From contig JBHGNT010000005.1 in NCBI GenBank assembly GCA_043228905.1, positions 7,440,001 to 7,504,000 on the forward strand: DNA of 64,000 bases, read 5' to 3'. Origin of the DNA: Azolla caroliniana. Lineage: Eukaryota > Plantae > Polypodiophyta. The stretch's first letter is position 1. Each line of letters begins with the position of its first letter. The translations under genes were made by a program, and so were the position numbers. The notes below the pieces were generated by a model that saw only the letters and a program-made list of their open reading frames with translations, did not search any database and was not told the DNA's origin. Below are positions 1 through 11,936 of the stretch, in pieces.

Positions 1-1918
1 GACAAACAAACCTACCTCAAGAACGTACTACATGTTCCTACAATCATGTAAAACTAGGTCTCGGTCGGCCATATTGTTGAACAAGGAATGCACGTACGAT
101 TCAACAATGATGAGTGCTTTATCAAAAGAGGCGATCGAGTCATAGGTCACGACCATCGTGAAGGCCGTATGTTTGTGCTCAAATTGAACGAGGTAAAATC
201 GACCATGTTTGCAAAGGGCCTCAAAGTGCGAAAGAAAGGAATCCGACGAGAATTTTCGTGCCGTCACACACCTCAGCAAAACGGCGTAGCCGAGCGGAAG
301 AACTGGCACATAGTAGAGGTAGCACAGGCAATGATGAACGAGAAGAACCTACTGAAATCATACTGGGCAGAAGTGGCGAACACGATCGTATACCTCATGA
401 ATAGGTGCACAACCTCGGGAGTAAACAATGCAACCCCCATGAGAAGTTTTTCGGAAAGAAGCCGGACCTATCACATGTTCGGATATTCGGCTCCATTGCG
501 TACATGCATATCCCCGACGAGAAGCGTCAAAAGCTCGACCCGAAGTCGGAGAAATGTATCCTCGTGGGGTACTCGCTCAAACAAAAGGGGTACAAATGCT
601 ACAATCCATCTACCCAAGATGTCGTGTTCGACGAGTCCGCATCCTGGCACGCACCAGAGACAACTTTGACTTTGACTCCGCTTGACCCGGAATATGCCAA
701 AATAGAGGTAGAAGCTGAAGATCGACTTACGCCCATGTTCGACGAAAGTCCAATCACGACCTGAATAAGTGGGCCATAAGAACCTCTGAGTGATCAAAGC
801 ACATCTCGGCCAAGTCCGAAGCTGGACAAAAGGAAGGCGCAAATGGCGTAGTATGAAGACGATCACTTCGACGGCAACGAATCGACTCACTCCCTCGATA
901 GTGAGTTCAAAGGCCTCGACATCCGGACAAATGGAGCGAAGAAAGCCTTACTATCCGTGAACGAAAAGCTACGCTAGTCCACCCGAGAGAAGAACCCCGT
1001 AAGCCGTTACGGCTACAACGAGTACACGGCGTATCATTACGCCTTTATGATGAAGGTAGCGTCAATACGGGAGCCGGAAACCCTTTTCGAAGCTGTAAAG
1101 GATCCGCGATGGGTCAACGCGATGAATGAAGAAATGCAAGCCCTATGCAAAAATGAGACACAGGATCTCGTTCCTCACATTCCACACAAGAAAACAATTG
1201 GCTATCGATGGATTTACAAAGTGAAACACAATGCCAATGACTCCATAAATCGCTTCAAAGCACGGCTCGTTGCAAAAGGATACACACAAACACACGGAGT
1301 TGACTACGAAGAGACCTTTGCTCCAGTGGCAAAGATGACAACTGTGCGGACCGTGGTTGCAATCGTAGCAGCAAAAAGGTTGCACCTTCATCAGATGGAC
1401 GTGAAGAACGCCTTCCTCCAAGGGGAATTAGAGGAGGAAGTGTACATGATCCAACCACCCGGCATTGAATCGCGCAATCATCCAAACGTCTTGTACTGAC
1501 TCAAGAAGCTACTCTACGCCCTCAAATAAGCACCTCGTGCGTGGCATTTGATGATCATGCAATATCTTCATCAAATCGGATTTTGAATGTCAAAATATGA
1601 TAATTGTCTCTATATCCAAAACGAATCGGATAGCCCGATTTTCATCATCCTATACATGGATGATTTGGTCATCGAAGGAAAGGAGCTCGCCGAGATTAAC
1701 AAGGTCAAATCACTTCTCTCCAGCAGATTTGAAATGAAAGACCTGTACGAGCTCCATTACTTCTTAGGCATCGAAGTAATTCGGACACCATTCGGAATAA
1801 TAATCTCATAACGACACTACGTCCTCAACTTACTCTACAAGTTCGGGATAATGGAGTGCAAACCTGTGTCCACCCCTCTTGACCGTAATCTCAAGCTTGA
1901 TGGCGATTCTGGCACAGC

Positions 1919-2439
1919 TAACAATCGACAACGGTTCGGTTCAGTTTGAGAGGGTCCAAACGGAACCGTTTAAATTTTTTGAAACCTGAACCAAACCGAA
2001 CTGAACCACGAAACCATTAAACCAAACCGTTAAACCTTTTTCAAACCGTTAAACCATTAAACCGTAAAAACCGCGGTTTCGTGGTTCAGTTTTGGTTTTC
2101 AACATAGGTCAATTTGTTAATTTTTTATTTTTAATTTTTTAAAATTTATAATATTTCATTTTAAAGATTTTTTAAGATGTTCCTAAAATGTGAGAATAAG
2201 GTTTAAAAATGAAAATATTGTTTTAAAAAAAAATCTAAAAAATTTTAGAATTTTTTAAAATAAAAAATAAAAAACCGTTAAACCGTTTAAACCGCGGTTT
2301 TTGACTGTTGAAACCGAACCAAACCGTTAATAAAAAACTAAACCTGAACCGAACCAAACCAAACCGTTGAAAACGTTAAGCCGGTAAACTGCGGTTTCGC
2401 GGTTAGGTTCGGTTCAAACCGAACTCTTGCGGATTGTTA
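1919..2439. mobile_element. hAT-type non-autonomous element (MITE) inserted in the Copia RT region
   Basis: Imperfect TIRs TAACAATCgaCAAcgGTTCGGTT / TAACAATCcgCAAgaGTTCGGTT; 8-bp TSD GGCACAGC (1911-1918) / GGCACAAC (2440-2447); many subterminal AAACCG/CGGTT motifs; AT-rich core. Removal restores the Copia frame (DSGT-TECVATQYRQLIG). Confidence 0.9.
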
Positions 2440-3446
2440 GGCACAACCGAGTGTGTGGCAACTCAGTATCGCCAATTGATTGGCAACCTCATCTACCTAA
2501 CCATTAAGCGACCTGACCTTAGCTATTCAGTCGGCCTACTCAACCAATTCATGTAGAATCCGCGAAACCTTCACCTTGATTGCGATAAGAGGGTACTTCG
2601 GTACGCTGGTGGTATGATAGATTACAACGTCAGATACATGTCAAATACGATAATTCGACTTGAAGGGTACACAGACGCGGACTGGGCAAGTTATAAAGCG
2701 GATAGATGGTCAACATCAGGATTTGTCCTCTCCCTCAGCAGCGGAGCAATCTCATGGAGTAGCAAGAAGCAACCAACAATCGCACTGTCGAGCACAGAGG
2801 CCGAATACAGGGGCGTGACGGTCGCCGCGTGCGAAGCCGTATGGCTCAAGCGTATACTAAAGGATCTGGGCGTACCCATCAAGGATTCGATTCGTTTATA
2901 TTGCGACAACATGAGTAGTATCTACCTGCCGCGGAACCCCATATTCCACGCGCAGACTAAGCATGTCGAAGTGCACTACCACTTCATCCGCGAACGCGTG
3001 CAGGACGGAGATATAGACTTACACCACATCAACACGAATCTACAAGTAGCCGACATTTTCATGAAAGCCCTAGGTATCAACAAGTTGCGGCAGTTCGCGT
3101 CGAACCTTGGCCTATCTATTCCTGACTAGCCGAGCTTGAGGGGGAGTACAGAACAATGAACAACACAATCCCGATCGATTGATCGAAGCACAACTGAAAA
3201 GCCGAACAATCGAAGCTCAAAGCATTCCGAAGACCGATCCGAAACAATTTTTTGATATCCGGAAGTTGTGTTCGAAGGGGCATGTTGAGAATTGAACTCA
3301 ACTTCCCATAGAAATAGGTTTCACACTAAGCTCATGGACATACCAAGCTAGTCTTGTAAATAGTAGAAAGGGCCCTTGCCCTAGTTTAGTTGGTATTTAA
3401 ACCAACCTTTTGTAACTTTGTTACTGTTGGATGATAATATACAGTT

Positions 3447-3879
3447 TGTTAACTTTTCGGGCCGGACAATGGCCTAACACAGGGTGTCTACGGGAGACAC
3501 TTCACCAAAGGGTGTTACGGCAACCGGATTAGTCTTCAACGCTTAATCCGACTTAATTAAGTTACTTATTAGGATCGTCTTCATAACACGCGTAAGATAT
3601 AACAATTAAGACAGAACGGCAATTAACACAGAGAGATAACAACGCTTAAGCTTTCATTAATTAACCGCTAACTATTACATTGTATCCGGGCCTTTAAATA
3701 GGTTTCCGGTCTGTATTACAAAACGGTGCCATCCGCACCTGTTCGGGATCGGTCCGGATCCGGAACGGCATACCGTTTCCGGTCCGTCCGTCCACACTCA
3801 TAGCTTAATTACAACCACATTCCTACTACTTAATTAGCTCTCCGTTTCCCACTCTGGACTCCTTTGCCGGCCGGTAACA
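3447..3879 (-). repeat. LTR (left copy) of the dual-PBS element
   Basis: TGTTAAC...GGTAACA, direct repeat of 6056-6488. Confidence 0.95.
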
Positions 3880-6045
3880 CATGGCACGCCCGTGGGACAG
3901 TACCTTGTACGTCGAATCCACAACCGACCCTTGCTATTCTTCGTCCAAAATGTCCAGAATGCTTTGTTCGAGAGACTCCAATGGTTCATCTGGAAGTGGT
4001 TGTTGTTGTTGTTGTTGTTGTTGCTGCTCTGTTGCTGTCTACTGCGGCGGGTCCGTTGGTGGTTGCTGCGGCTGCTCCTTCGTTTATGGCTCTGACACCG
4101 GCGTCTCCGTCGTTGCTCCCTACGTCGTGGTGATCTCCGGTTGACTGGTTCCCAGCTGACCCTCAGCCGGCGACGGTTCCTCATTACTAAGGTTAACCGT
4201 TGTCGCTTCCCGTGCTTTTTCTTCCCGCACCCGGGACCGCTCGTAGCTTTCAAACTGGATTTGAGCGTCCAACCTATCATCGTCCAGCTGAGCTACGAGC
4301 TGCCTGACCTGCGCCAACTGTTCATCTGCCAGGACTTGGAAGTCATCGGCCAGCTCGTCCCGTATGGCGGTGAAGTCCTCGGAAGTCAACGTATAACATT
4401 CATCTCCTTCCTTCCGCCAGTTTGCCACATCCGCCCGTAGCAACTGGAGTTCCGCCACGTTTTGTGCCCACTTTGTCCACCATTTTACGGAGCTTTCATC
4501 AATCAAGTGTTTCGTCTGATTCAGCCATGCTCGGAGGATGGACTGAATCCGGCTCGTTCCCAATTGCGATTTGGTTTCCGCCGCTTGCCGTTCCTCCTTC
4601 AGTTGTTTGATGATTTTGACGTTGTCCTCCGCCTGCGCCTTGTAATGCGTCAATTGCCTTTGATATGTGCTTTGTAATTTTTGCAATACTGTTGACGCTC
4701 TCTCTTTGTCTTCCTGCTGCTGCCTCTGGAGCTCCATCTGGACCTTCTCCGCCTCTTCCAAGCGCCTTGTATTTTCCGCCCGTTCGTCGGCGATCGCCGT
4801 CACGGCCCGATCAACTGCCTACTGGAGCTCGGCCATCCGTTCTTTATGCTCCGTTTCCAGCCATTTGTAGTCCCGGTGCAGGTGCTCAAAATCATCCGTC
4901 TTTTGCTTGAGCCGTGCGTTGATCTGACGACGGGCCCGGTCCTCGCGGTCCTTCTGCTGGCGGAGCTCTTCCTTTAGTCGTTCAATCTCTGTTTCCGCCG
5001 TTTTCCGCAGCTTGTCCTTTTCCTGCAGCACTTTGTCTTTCTCCTCCTTTAGCTGGTCGTACGCTTGATGGCCTTTCCGGAGGCTCTCCTCTGCCCGACG
5101 GAGGTTCTCAGCAGTCTTCTTTAATTCGGCTTCGGCCGCCGTCTTCAATTCTCGTTCACGGCTCCTTAGCGCTTCTTGTGCGGCAAGTTCCTCTCTCAAT
5201 TCCGCAAGTTCCTGAGCTTGCGCCGCATCTCTCACCGGAACGGTTTCCATTGCCGGGGTCTTATTGCTATGTATAGGTCGTTCCGTTTCTTTATTCTGTA
5301 CACTTACCGGAGTCACCGGTGATTGGATCCGTATTTTGGCCATCTCTGTCGTGACATGATCCAAGTCTTTTTCAAGGCACCGGATTCTGGACCGGGCCGT
5401 CTCTAGTTGTTTGGTTGTGACGAGCAACCGTTCGCTTTGCGCTCTTTCTTCCGCCTCTATATACCCCACTGCTCCGGCTATCTGTTCGCCTATCCACCGG
5501 AGCCACAGGCTACCGGTGCCTTGTTGTGCTTGCACGGAGGTTTGATAGATGGGCTCACTTGTAGAGGGGTGGTCCCGCCTGGTCGCGCCGAGTTGCAGTT
5601 CCGTTTCTGCCCGTGGACCATCCTGCTGTCCTGGTTCCCCTTGCGCTTCTTCTTAGCTGACCGAGGGAGGCTGTAGTGACCTTTCCGGCTCTGGCGGGAT
5701 GGGACTTGCCGGTGTTGCCGGTGGTGCTGGGACTTCTGTTTCCGGTGCCATCTGCACCGGTTCCGGTTCCTTCCTTGGCGTGGGAGTCTCAGTAAGGGGA
5801 GCCGGTGTTCCCTCTGTCTGAGGGTCCGAACGTTTCCCGGCTGTCTCAACGGTCCTTGCCGACGACCATCGCTGGAGGTGCTCCGTAGGCTCCTCCTCTA
5901 TTTCCTCCTCTTGAGCTCCGACATTGAGTTTTGCCGCCAAGGGGTCCGCTTCTTGATTCACCGGTCGGCGGAGTGTGACCTTTACAGGCCATGCTGGTGG
6001 TTCCTCCTGCGCCTCCGGTTGACTCTTCGGATCCCATCGTGGTCG
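3880..6045 (-). pseudogene. Single long reading frame (~720 codons) for a Pro/Glu-rich plus coiled-coil plus poly-Gln accessory protein, broken by in-frame stops
   Basis: ORFs 5653-5961, 4819-5535 and 4120-4803 share one frame. Six stops (5653, 4819, 4120, 4084, 4039, 3934) are all TAA/TAG, compatible with CAA/CAG deamination. Long E/K/R/Q heptad-rich segments. Confidence 0.75.
3882..3898 (+). promoter_or_regulatory. PBS-like site complementary to tRNA-Arg(UCU) 3' end, located where the PPT is expected
   Basis: TGGCACGCCCGTGGGAC, 2 nt inside the left LTR; matches the recalled plant Arg-UCU PBS TGGCACGCCCGGTGGGAC with one base missing. Confidence 0.8.
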
Positions 6046-6048
6046 CCA
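6032..6048 (-). promoter_or_regulatory. PBS complementary to a tRNA-Arg(UCG/CCG)-type 3' end
   Basis: Minus strand reads TGGCGACCACGATGGGA, 7 nt inside the right LTR; recalled plant Arg-UCG complement is TGGCGACCACAGTGGGA. Confidence 0.78.
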
Positions 6049-6055
6049 AAAACTG

Positions 6056-6488
6056 TGTTAACTCTTCGGGCCGGACAATGGCCTAACACAGGGTGTCTAC
6101 GGGAGACACTTCACCAAAGGGTGTTACGGCAACCGGATTAGTCTTCAACGCTTAATCCGACTTAATTAAGTTACTTATTAGGATCGTCTTCATAACACGC
6201 GTAAGATATAACAATTAAGACAGGACGGCAATTAACACAGAGAGATAACAACGCTTAAGCTTTCATTAATTAACCGCTAACTATTACATTGTATCCGGGC
6301 CTTTAAATAGGTTTCCGATCTGTATTACAAAACAGTGCCATCCGCACCTGTTCGGGATCGGTCCGGATCCGGAACGGCATACCGTTTCCGGTCCGTCCGT
6401 CCACACTCATAGCTTAATTACAACCACATTCCTACTACTTAATTAGCTCTCCATTTCCCACTCTAGACTCCTTTGCCGGCCGGTAACA
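6056..6488 (-). repeat. LTR (right copy, probable 5' LTR) of the dual-PBS element
   Basis: Direct repeat of 3447-3879. Confidence 0.95.
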
Positions 6489-6651
6489 CAGTCTTCTTGG
6501 TTAAGAACTTTCTCTCTCTTTTCTCTTTGTTGCATAACACACACAATCCTTCCACCGCATACAATCACTCTCATTTCTTTATAGAACATTTGGCACATTA
6601 TCCAATAACTTCTACTTGTAATGAAGTTATTCTTGGTCAGGTGCATCAATT

Positions 6652-6654
6652 CTC

Positions 6655-6707
<53 letters not shown>
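6652..6707. repeat. (CT)n microsatellite at the 5' boundary of the LINE
   Basis: Long CT dinucleotide run. Confidence 0.95.
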
Positions 6708-6709
<2 letters not shown>

Positions 6710-6971
6710 AAAGATATCTGTTAGTTCACTCTGGCCATCGTTTTCTACGTTCTATAGCTCGGTTGAAAGCGCTTTGAGAGAGCTTTCGAAAGAATGTTCA
6801 TTTACTGAATTCCGTTACCGTGGCGAGAAGTTATGAGCATTTTCATCCACAGCCATCTTTGCCCCACGGTTCCTCAAACGAAGGTAGATTTTGAAGCCCT
6901 AAATCGAGTGAAAGGTACATTCTCTTTCCTTCCCTCTTTGTCTCTCTTTTCCCGTAGGGTTTGTCCCTACA

Positions 6972-7841
6972 ATGACAAATACTCATAAAACTGCCGCAAA
7001 GTTCGGGGGTATGATTGATAATGAGCCGAGATCACCAACAAATCTCGATTCTAATGCAATGGACAAAATGCTTATGAGTCACTTGATTTCTCTTCAAGAA
7101 ACCATAAACAAGCAAGGTGAAGAGATTAGGATGTTAATGAAAGAGAATACTAAGCTCCAAAGTGTTGTCATTGAGAATGAAAGTCTTAAACAAGTGGTTG
7201 CAAAACTTCAAGAAGAGATTCAAGAATGTAAAAGAGCTTCTTTTGAAACAAATGAGCGCCTTAACAAGATTAAGTTAAAGGAAGCGTTAAAAGAAGAAAA
7301 ATTGGACACGATGAGGCGGGATGTAAGTGAGATGAAAAATGTATGTACAACAAAGTCATGGGCCGATGTATGTGGTGGGGATGTGCTATCAAACTCATCT
7401 AATATGCATGTGATGCATCAAGAGAAGAATATAGAAAGCATAGATGTCCGAGAATTGAAAGAACGTGAACAACGATCAAAGAACATTGTCGTCCGTGGGA
7501 TTAAAGAAGAGAGTATTGAAACACCCGCATCCCTTGGAAAGGCCATTGGTGAATTTTTTAGCATGCATTATGGGATGTCAGATGTGAATGTATATGGGGC
7601 ACACCGAGTTGGGAAACATGGTGTTACTCACTCCGGAGAAAGGCCAATTGTATGCACAATGACAGATGATACAAAGCGGCGGATCATACTCGAAAATAGT
7701 TGGGTATACCTCAAAGGTACACAATGCTTTGTGAGTGAAGATCGTACTATCTCACAACAAAATGCTCGTCGTAAAGCATATGAAGAAAGATTGAAAAACA
7801 AGGTTAAGGATGTGCTTAAAGATGGAAATGTAGGCAAATAG
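6972..7841 (+). CDS. LINE ORF1 protein (coiled coil plus RRM-like domain)
   Basis: 289 aa; coiled coil, SWADV, ERE.RSKNIVVRGIKE, HRVGK...RPIVC and FVSEDRT motifs typical of non-LTR ORF1. Confidence 0.85.
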   Translation: MTNTHKTAAKFGGMIDNEPRSPTNLDSNAMDKMLMSHLISLQETINKQGEEIRMLMKENTKLQSVVIENESLKQVVAKLQEEIQECKRASFETNERLNKIKLKEALKEEKLDTMRRDVSEMKNVCTTKSWADVCGGDVLSNSSNMHVMHQEKNIESIDVRELKEREQRSKNIVVRGIKEESIETPASLGKAIGEFFSMHYGMSDVNVYGAHRVGKHGVTHSGERPIVCTMTDDTKRRIILENSWVYLKGTQCFVSEDRTISQQNARRKAYEERLKNKVKDVLKDGNVGK

Positions 7842-10800
7842 GGAAACGTGATCTATGAGACTAACCCACGCCTTTTACGACTATGCTTTTGGAATTGCAA
7901 TGGATACCCATGGAATGCGGGATTTGGCATAGAGGAGTTCACCGATGACTCGGATATCACACTTCTTGTTGAAACATGGGAGCATGATACTCAAAGGATT
8001 CAAGGTTTAGGAAACTATAATGTACACTCTTTGATATGGAAGAAAAATCCTAGACAAAGAAGAGGACAAGGAGGGGTGGCATGTTTGATTAAGAAGGAAA
8101 TAGAGAAATATGTGTCAATCATAAAAAATGATGAACATAAATGCTACATATGGCTCAAAATAGAAACACCTAATGATTTTCCCACTTTTGTAGTTGGATG
8201 TTACATTCCTCATCAAGATTCTAACTTTTATGCTTGTTTGGATAAAGATCAACCGTTTGCCAATCTAGAAGATGATATTGCTTATTTCAAATCCAAAGGG
8301 GAAGTTATTATCTTTGGTGACATGAATGCTCGTACAAGAAGTTTCCAACTTGATTCACAAGAATCTTTCATGCCACATATCTCAAGGATGCAAGAGGATA
8401 TGCAAATGTACAACCGCTCTTCTAGCGATGAAAAAGATCCGGACCAATTTGGGAAGTTACTCCTACAAATGTGCAATAGTACCGGATTGCTAATTGCAAA
8501 TGGTATTTCCTTATGGCCCAACACTAATGGTTTTACATGTAGAAAACACAACGGAAATAGTGTGATTGACTATGTGCTACTTTCCGAAGGTATTTTGGAT
8601 CGTATACATAAATTCTCACTTGGTGAATGGACACCGGAATCCGATCATAGGCCTTTATGTATTGATCTCAAATGTATGCATAGGTTTGATTGTGAGAAGG
8701 CTATTGAAGATAATAAACAACCGCACTTGAGCATGAACCTTAAGCAAGCACCCATGTATTCTAAGATGGTTGAGGATATGTTACAAATGACAAAGATACA
8801 ACATGGTGCCACACTAGAATGCAAATGGGAAGCTTTCAAGAAAGTCATTCTCTCATGTACAAACAAATGTTTTTCGACAAACTGCACATCTTGGAAATGC
8901 ACCAAGAAACTTAGGAAAAAATGGTTTGATAAAGAATGTTGTGAAGCTCAAAAGTGCCTTATGGTTTTAGATGTAGTTAAGGATAAAGAGAATCACCAAA
9001 AGCATTTGCATGAGTATAAAAGGCTTATTCAAAGAAAGAGAAGAATATGGGAAGTTACTCAACAATTTATCCAAACGCAAGAGAAAGCACATGCATGTGC
9101 TAAATTTTGGGGAAATCTAAAGGGAAAACGTGTTGAGAGTTATGGTGACTTAACTCTTCATGACTTGTCTATGCATTGTAAGAATTTATATGAGTTATCT
9201 CTTGCCGGAAAGATGATGTGTTATGGTTCTCTTTCACATATGCCTCCCTTCTTTACAATTGAAAATATATGCATAGGACTTAAGAAATTGGCCTCTCGAA
9301 AGGCAAGTGATCTTCAATGTATAAAGGCTGAAATGCTCAAATGGACGGGAAAGGAAGCACATATATGGATAAGCAATATGTTTAATGATGCATTGCAACA
9401 TGGTATGCCGTACGATTGGACTACAAATTGGATCAAACCTTTACATAAAGGTGGACATATAAATAATGTAAACAACTATCGAACCATCATGGTTGGCTCA
9501 TTAATGGCAAAATTATTTGGATGTATAATGGAATCAAAGATAAGTGTATGGGTTGAAAAAAGTGGTAAGAGAGCTTATGGACAAGCTAGCTTTCGGAAAC
9601 ACCATAGCACCATTGATCACCTTATCACCCTTCGAGTATTAATGGAGGAAAGTCGCCTTAGAGGTAAAGGTTTATATTGTTGCTTTGTAGACTTCAAGAA
9701 AGCTTTTGATATGGTACCTCGTGAGCATCTTTGGAAGCGAATGGAAGAACTTGAGGTGCCAAGTGAATATATGCTTGCAATTTCCCGAATTTATGAGAAG
9801 GTTATATGTTGTGTGCGCATGAGAGATAAACTTTCAGATTTTTTCAAAAGCACTATTGGTGTTAAGCGAGGATGCCCACTCTCACCAACACTATTTGGTC
9901 TATGCATTGATGAATTGGAAGAAATGGTTACCAAGTTTGCAAAGGAAGAATGTGTTGAAGAAGTTTCCATTGGGAATGTTGTGATTATGCTTTTGCTATA
10001 TGCAGATGATGTAGTGCTTTTTGCAAATACTTTAGGAGATGCACAAAAGCTTATGAAGGCATTGGAAAATTTTTGCATGCATACTAAATTAAGTGTTAAT
10101 AGCTCTAAAACAAAGATTATGCTTGTGAAGAGCCAAAAAAGAGATAAACCATGCATTATGTACAACAATGAGCCACTTGAATGTGTGGAAAGCTTCAAAT
10201 ATCTTGGCCTTGAAGTTCCTTCAAATCATAGATGGAATGAATGTGCTACATGCCGCTTAGAGGCGGACAAGCGAGCATACTATGCATTTGAGAACACATG
10301 CAATCTTGGAGATATTAAGTGTTGGGTCCTCAAGAAATATCTTTTCGACACTTTGGTGACACCGGTTCTTCTCTATGGGGTGGAAGTATGGGGCGGTAGC
10401 ATCCCTAAATCTATGTGGAAAGAGTTTGAAAATGTCCAAAAGCATTTTCTTACCAAGTTTCTACAAGTTAAGAAACAAACGCCCTACACCCTCCTCCTTG
10501 AGACGGGATCGCTTCCCATTGAGATCATGGCCATGGAAAGGGTTGTTGAATACATGCTTAAGGTTCAAAAAAGTCCCTCACATCGACTTCCTAGAATTGC
10601 GTGGGAAGCAAGCAAAAAGATCCAAAAGACGCATAAAAGCAAAATTTTGTGTTCCGGTTGGATGCAAGATATAGAAAAATGGTTTGGTAGATGGGATGCG
10701 AGACACTTGCTTCATGGTGCATCATTAGATTCCTCTGTAAATGAGGCATTTTTGCAACGCCAATGTATCATGACATGGGACAAATGTGGAGGCTCACACT

Positions 10801-10980
10801 TCACACATTATACTACACATGTTGCACCTAACTACAAAACCATATTCTTTGCGGAGTGGGGAAATCATACACATCCATACATGTTAGAGCCCATACCGTT
10901 ATCTCCATTCGAACCATTGCTTCCATGCTACTTAGCTCACATGCATTGCGATGTGAAACAGGGCGTTGGGTTACAAGTGG
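7842..10980 (+). CDS. LINE ORF2, AP endonuclease plus reverse transcriptase (RTE-X-like); frameshift near 10905, 3'-truncated
   Basis: WNCNG, LVETW, GDMNAR, SVIDY, SDHRP (APE); FVDFKKAFD, GCPLSPTLF, LLYADD, YLG, LLYGVEVWG; LSSHALRCETGRW in the shifted frame. Confidence 0.92.
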
Positions 10981-11641
10981 TGTAGCACAAGGTATTGATG
11001 TTATATTTTTGGTTGAAACTTGGAGGCGTGATTCAAAACACATACCTAAGATAGATGGCTACCTTATAAAATCGATATGGACTCACTCTAAAGGGAATAT
11101 TGGACTTAGGGGATAACATGTATTTATCGTGAGAGATTAGATAATTATATAAGATTACGTAAGTAGGATGATTATAAGTGATACATATGGATTGAGATTA
11201 ATTTAGGCAAAGAGAATCTCTACAAAGCCGCATGCTACATTCCTCATAAAGAATCAAACTACAAATTATAGTAGATTTGGGTTGGAACATGATGATCCTT
11301 TCACAAATTTATGTCAAGACATACTTGTTTTTGAGAAGCTTAGTAAAGTGTTGATTATGGGAGAATTTAATGCTAGAGTTCAAATATACCAAAATATGGA
11401 TATATTAGAAGAAAATGTAGTGGATCCTTTTCTATTACATGACTCAAAGGATTGTATTGTGATGGATTATGGAAGAATTCTTCTGCATATGCTTGACTTC
11501 ACAAATTTGATCGTCTTAAATGGTATAAATGTTTTTCCTTTGACAAAGGTAATCACATATTTACTGGACTCGGATGGAAGAAGTGTAGTATATCATGTTG
11601 ATATCCTGCCTCAAGGATTATGGAAGAATTCTTATGTATCT

Positions 11642-11936
11642 ATGAAGGCATGTGATCTATCCATGGTGAATGCATTTAAGGTCGGTGATCTAGTTTGAGA
11701 CTTAGACCATAAGCCCTTGTACTTGGACCTTACACTCTCACACTCTATCAACAAATGTGGTAAAGTGAAAGAAGAAAGAAGATACATCATGGAGGCATGC
11801 GATCTATCCATGGTGAATGCATTTAAGGTTGGTGATCTAGTTTGAGACTCAGACCATAAGCCCTTGTACTTGGACCTTACACTCTCACACTCTATCATCA
11901 AATGTGGTAAAGTGAAGAAGAAAGAAGATGCATCAT
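11642..11936. repeat. ~147-bp tandem duplication inside the second LINE
   Basis: Units start at 11642 (ATGAAGGCATG) and 11789 (ATGGAGGCATG), near-identical. Confidence 0.9.

Larger units (their letters stand above)
3447..6488 (-). mobile_element. Non-autonomous LTR retroelement (Tat/Ogre-like PBS type) with two opposed tRNA-Arg PBS-like sites and no PPT
   Basis: Direct 433-bp TG...CA LTRs at 3447-3879 and 6056-6488 (6 substitutions seen); TSD CAGTT/CAGTC; no gag/pol motifs inside. TATA-like TATTTAAAGG and the long ORF lie on the minus strand. Confidence 0.92.
1..6588 (+). mobile_element. Degenerate Ty1/Copia LTR retrotransposon (5' part outside window); integrase-RT-RNase H remnants, then 3' LTR from 3283 split by a nested element
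   Basis: Integrase motifs (TPQQNGVAERKN, KLDPKSEKCILVGY) at 88-764; RT (ARLVAKGY, ETFAPV, QMDVKNAFL, YMDD) at 1047-1860; RNase H (DADWA, ISWSSKKQ, TKHVEVHYHF) at 2614-3129; many stops. Purine tract GAAGGGG precedes LTR start TGTTGAGA at 3283. LTR end near 6588 is approximate. Confidence 0.9.

Noticed and set aside
3134-3146. PPT-like TTGAGGGGGAG right after RNase H
   Set aside because: Not followed by a TG LTR start; the family-type LTR start TGTTGAGA follows a second purine tract at ~3274-3283.
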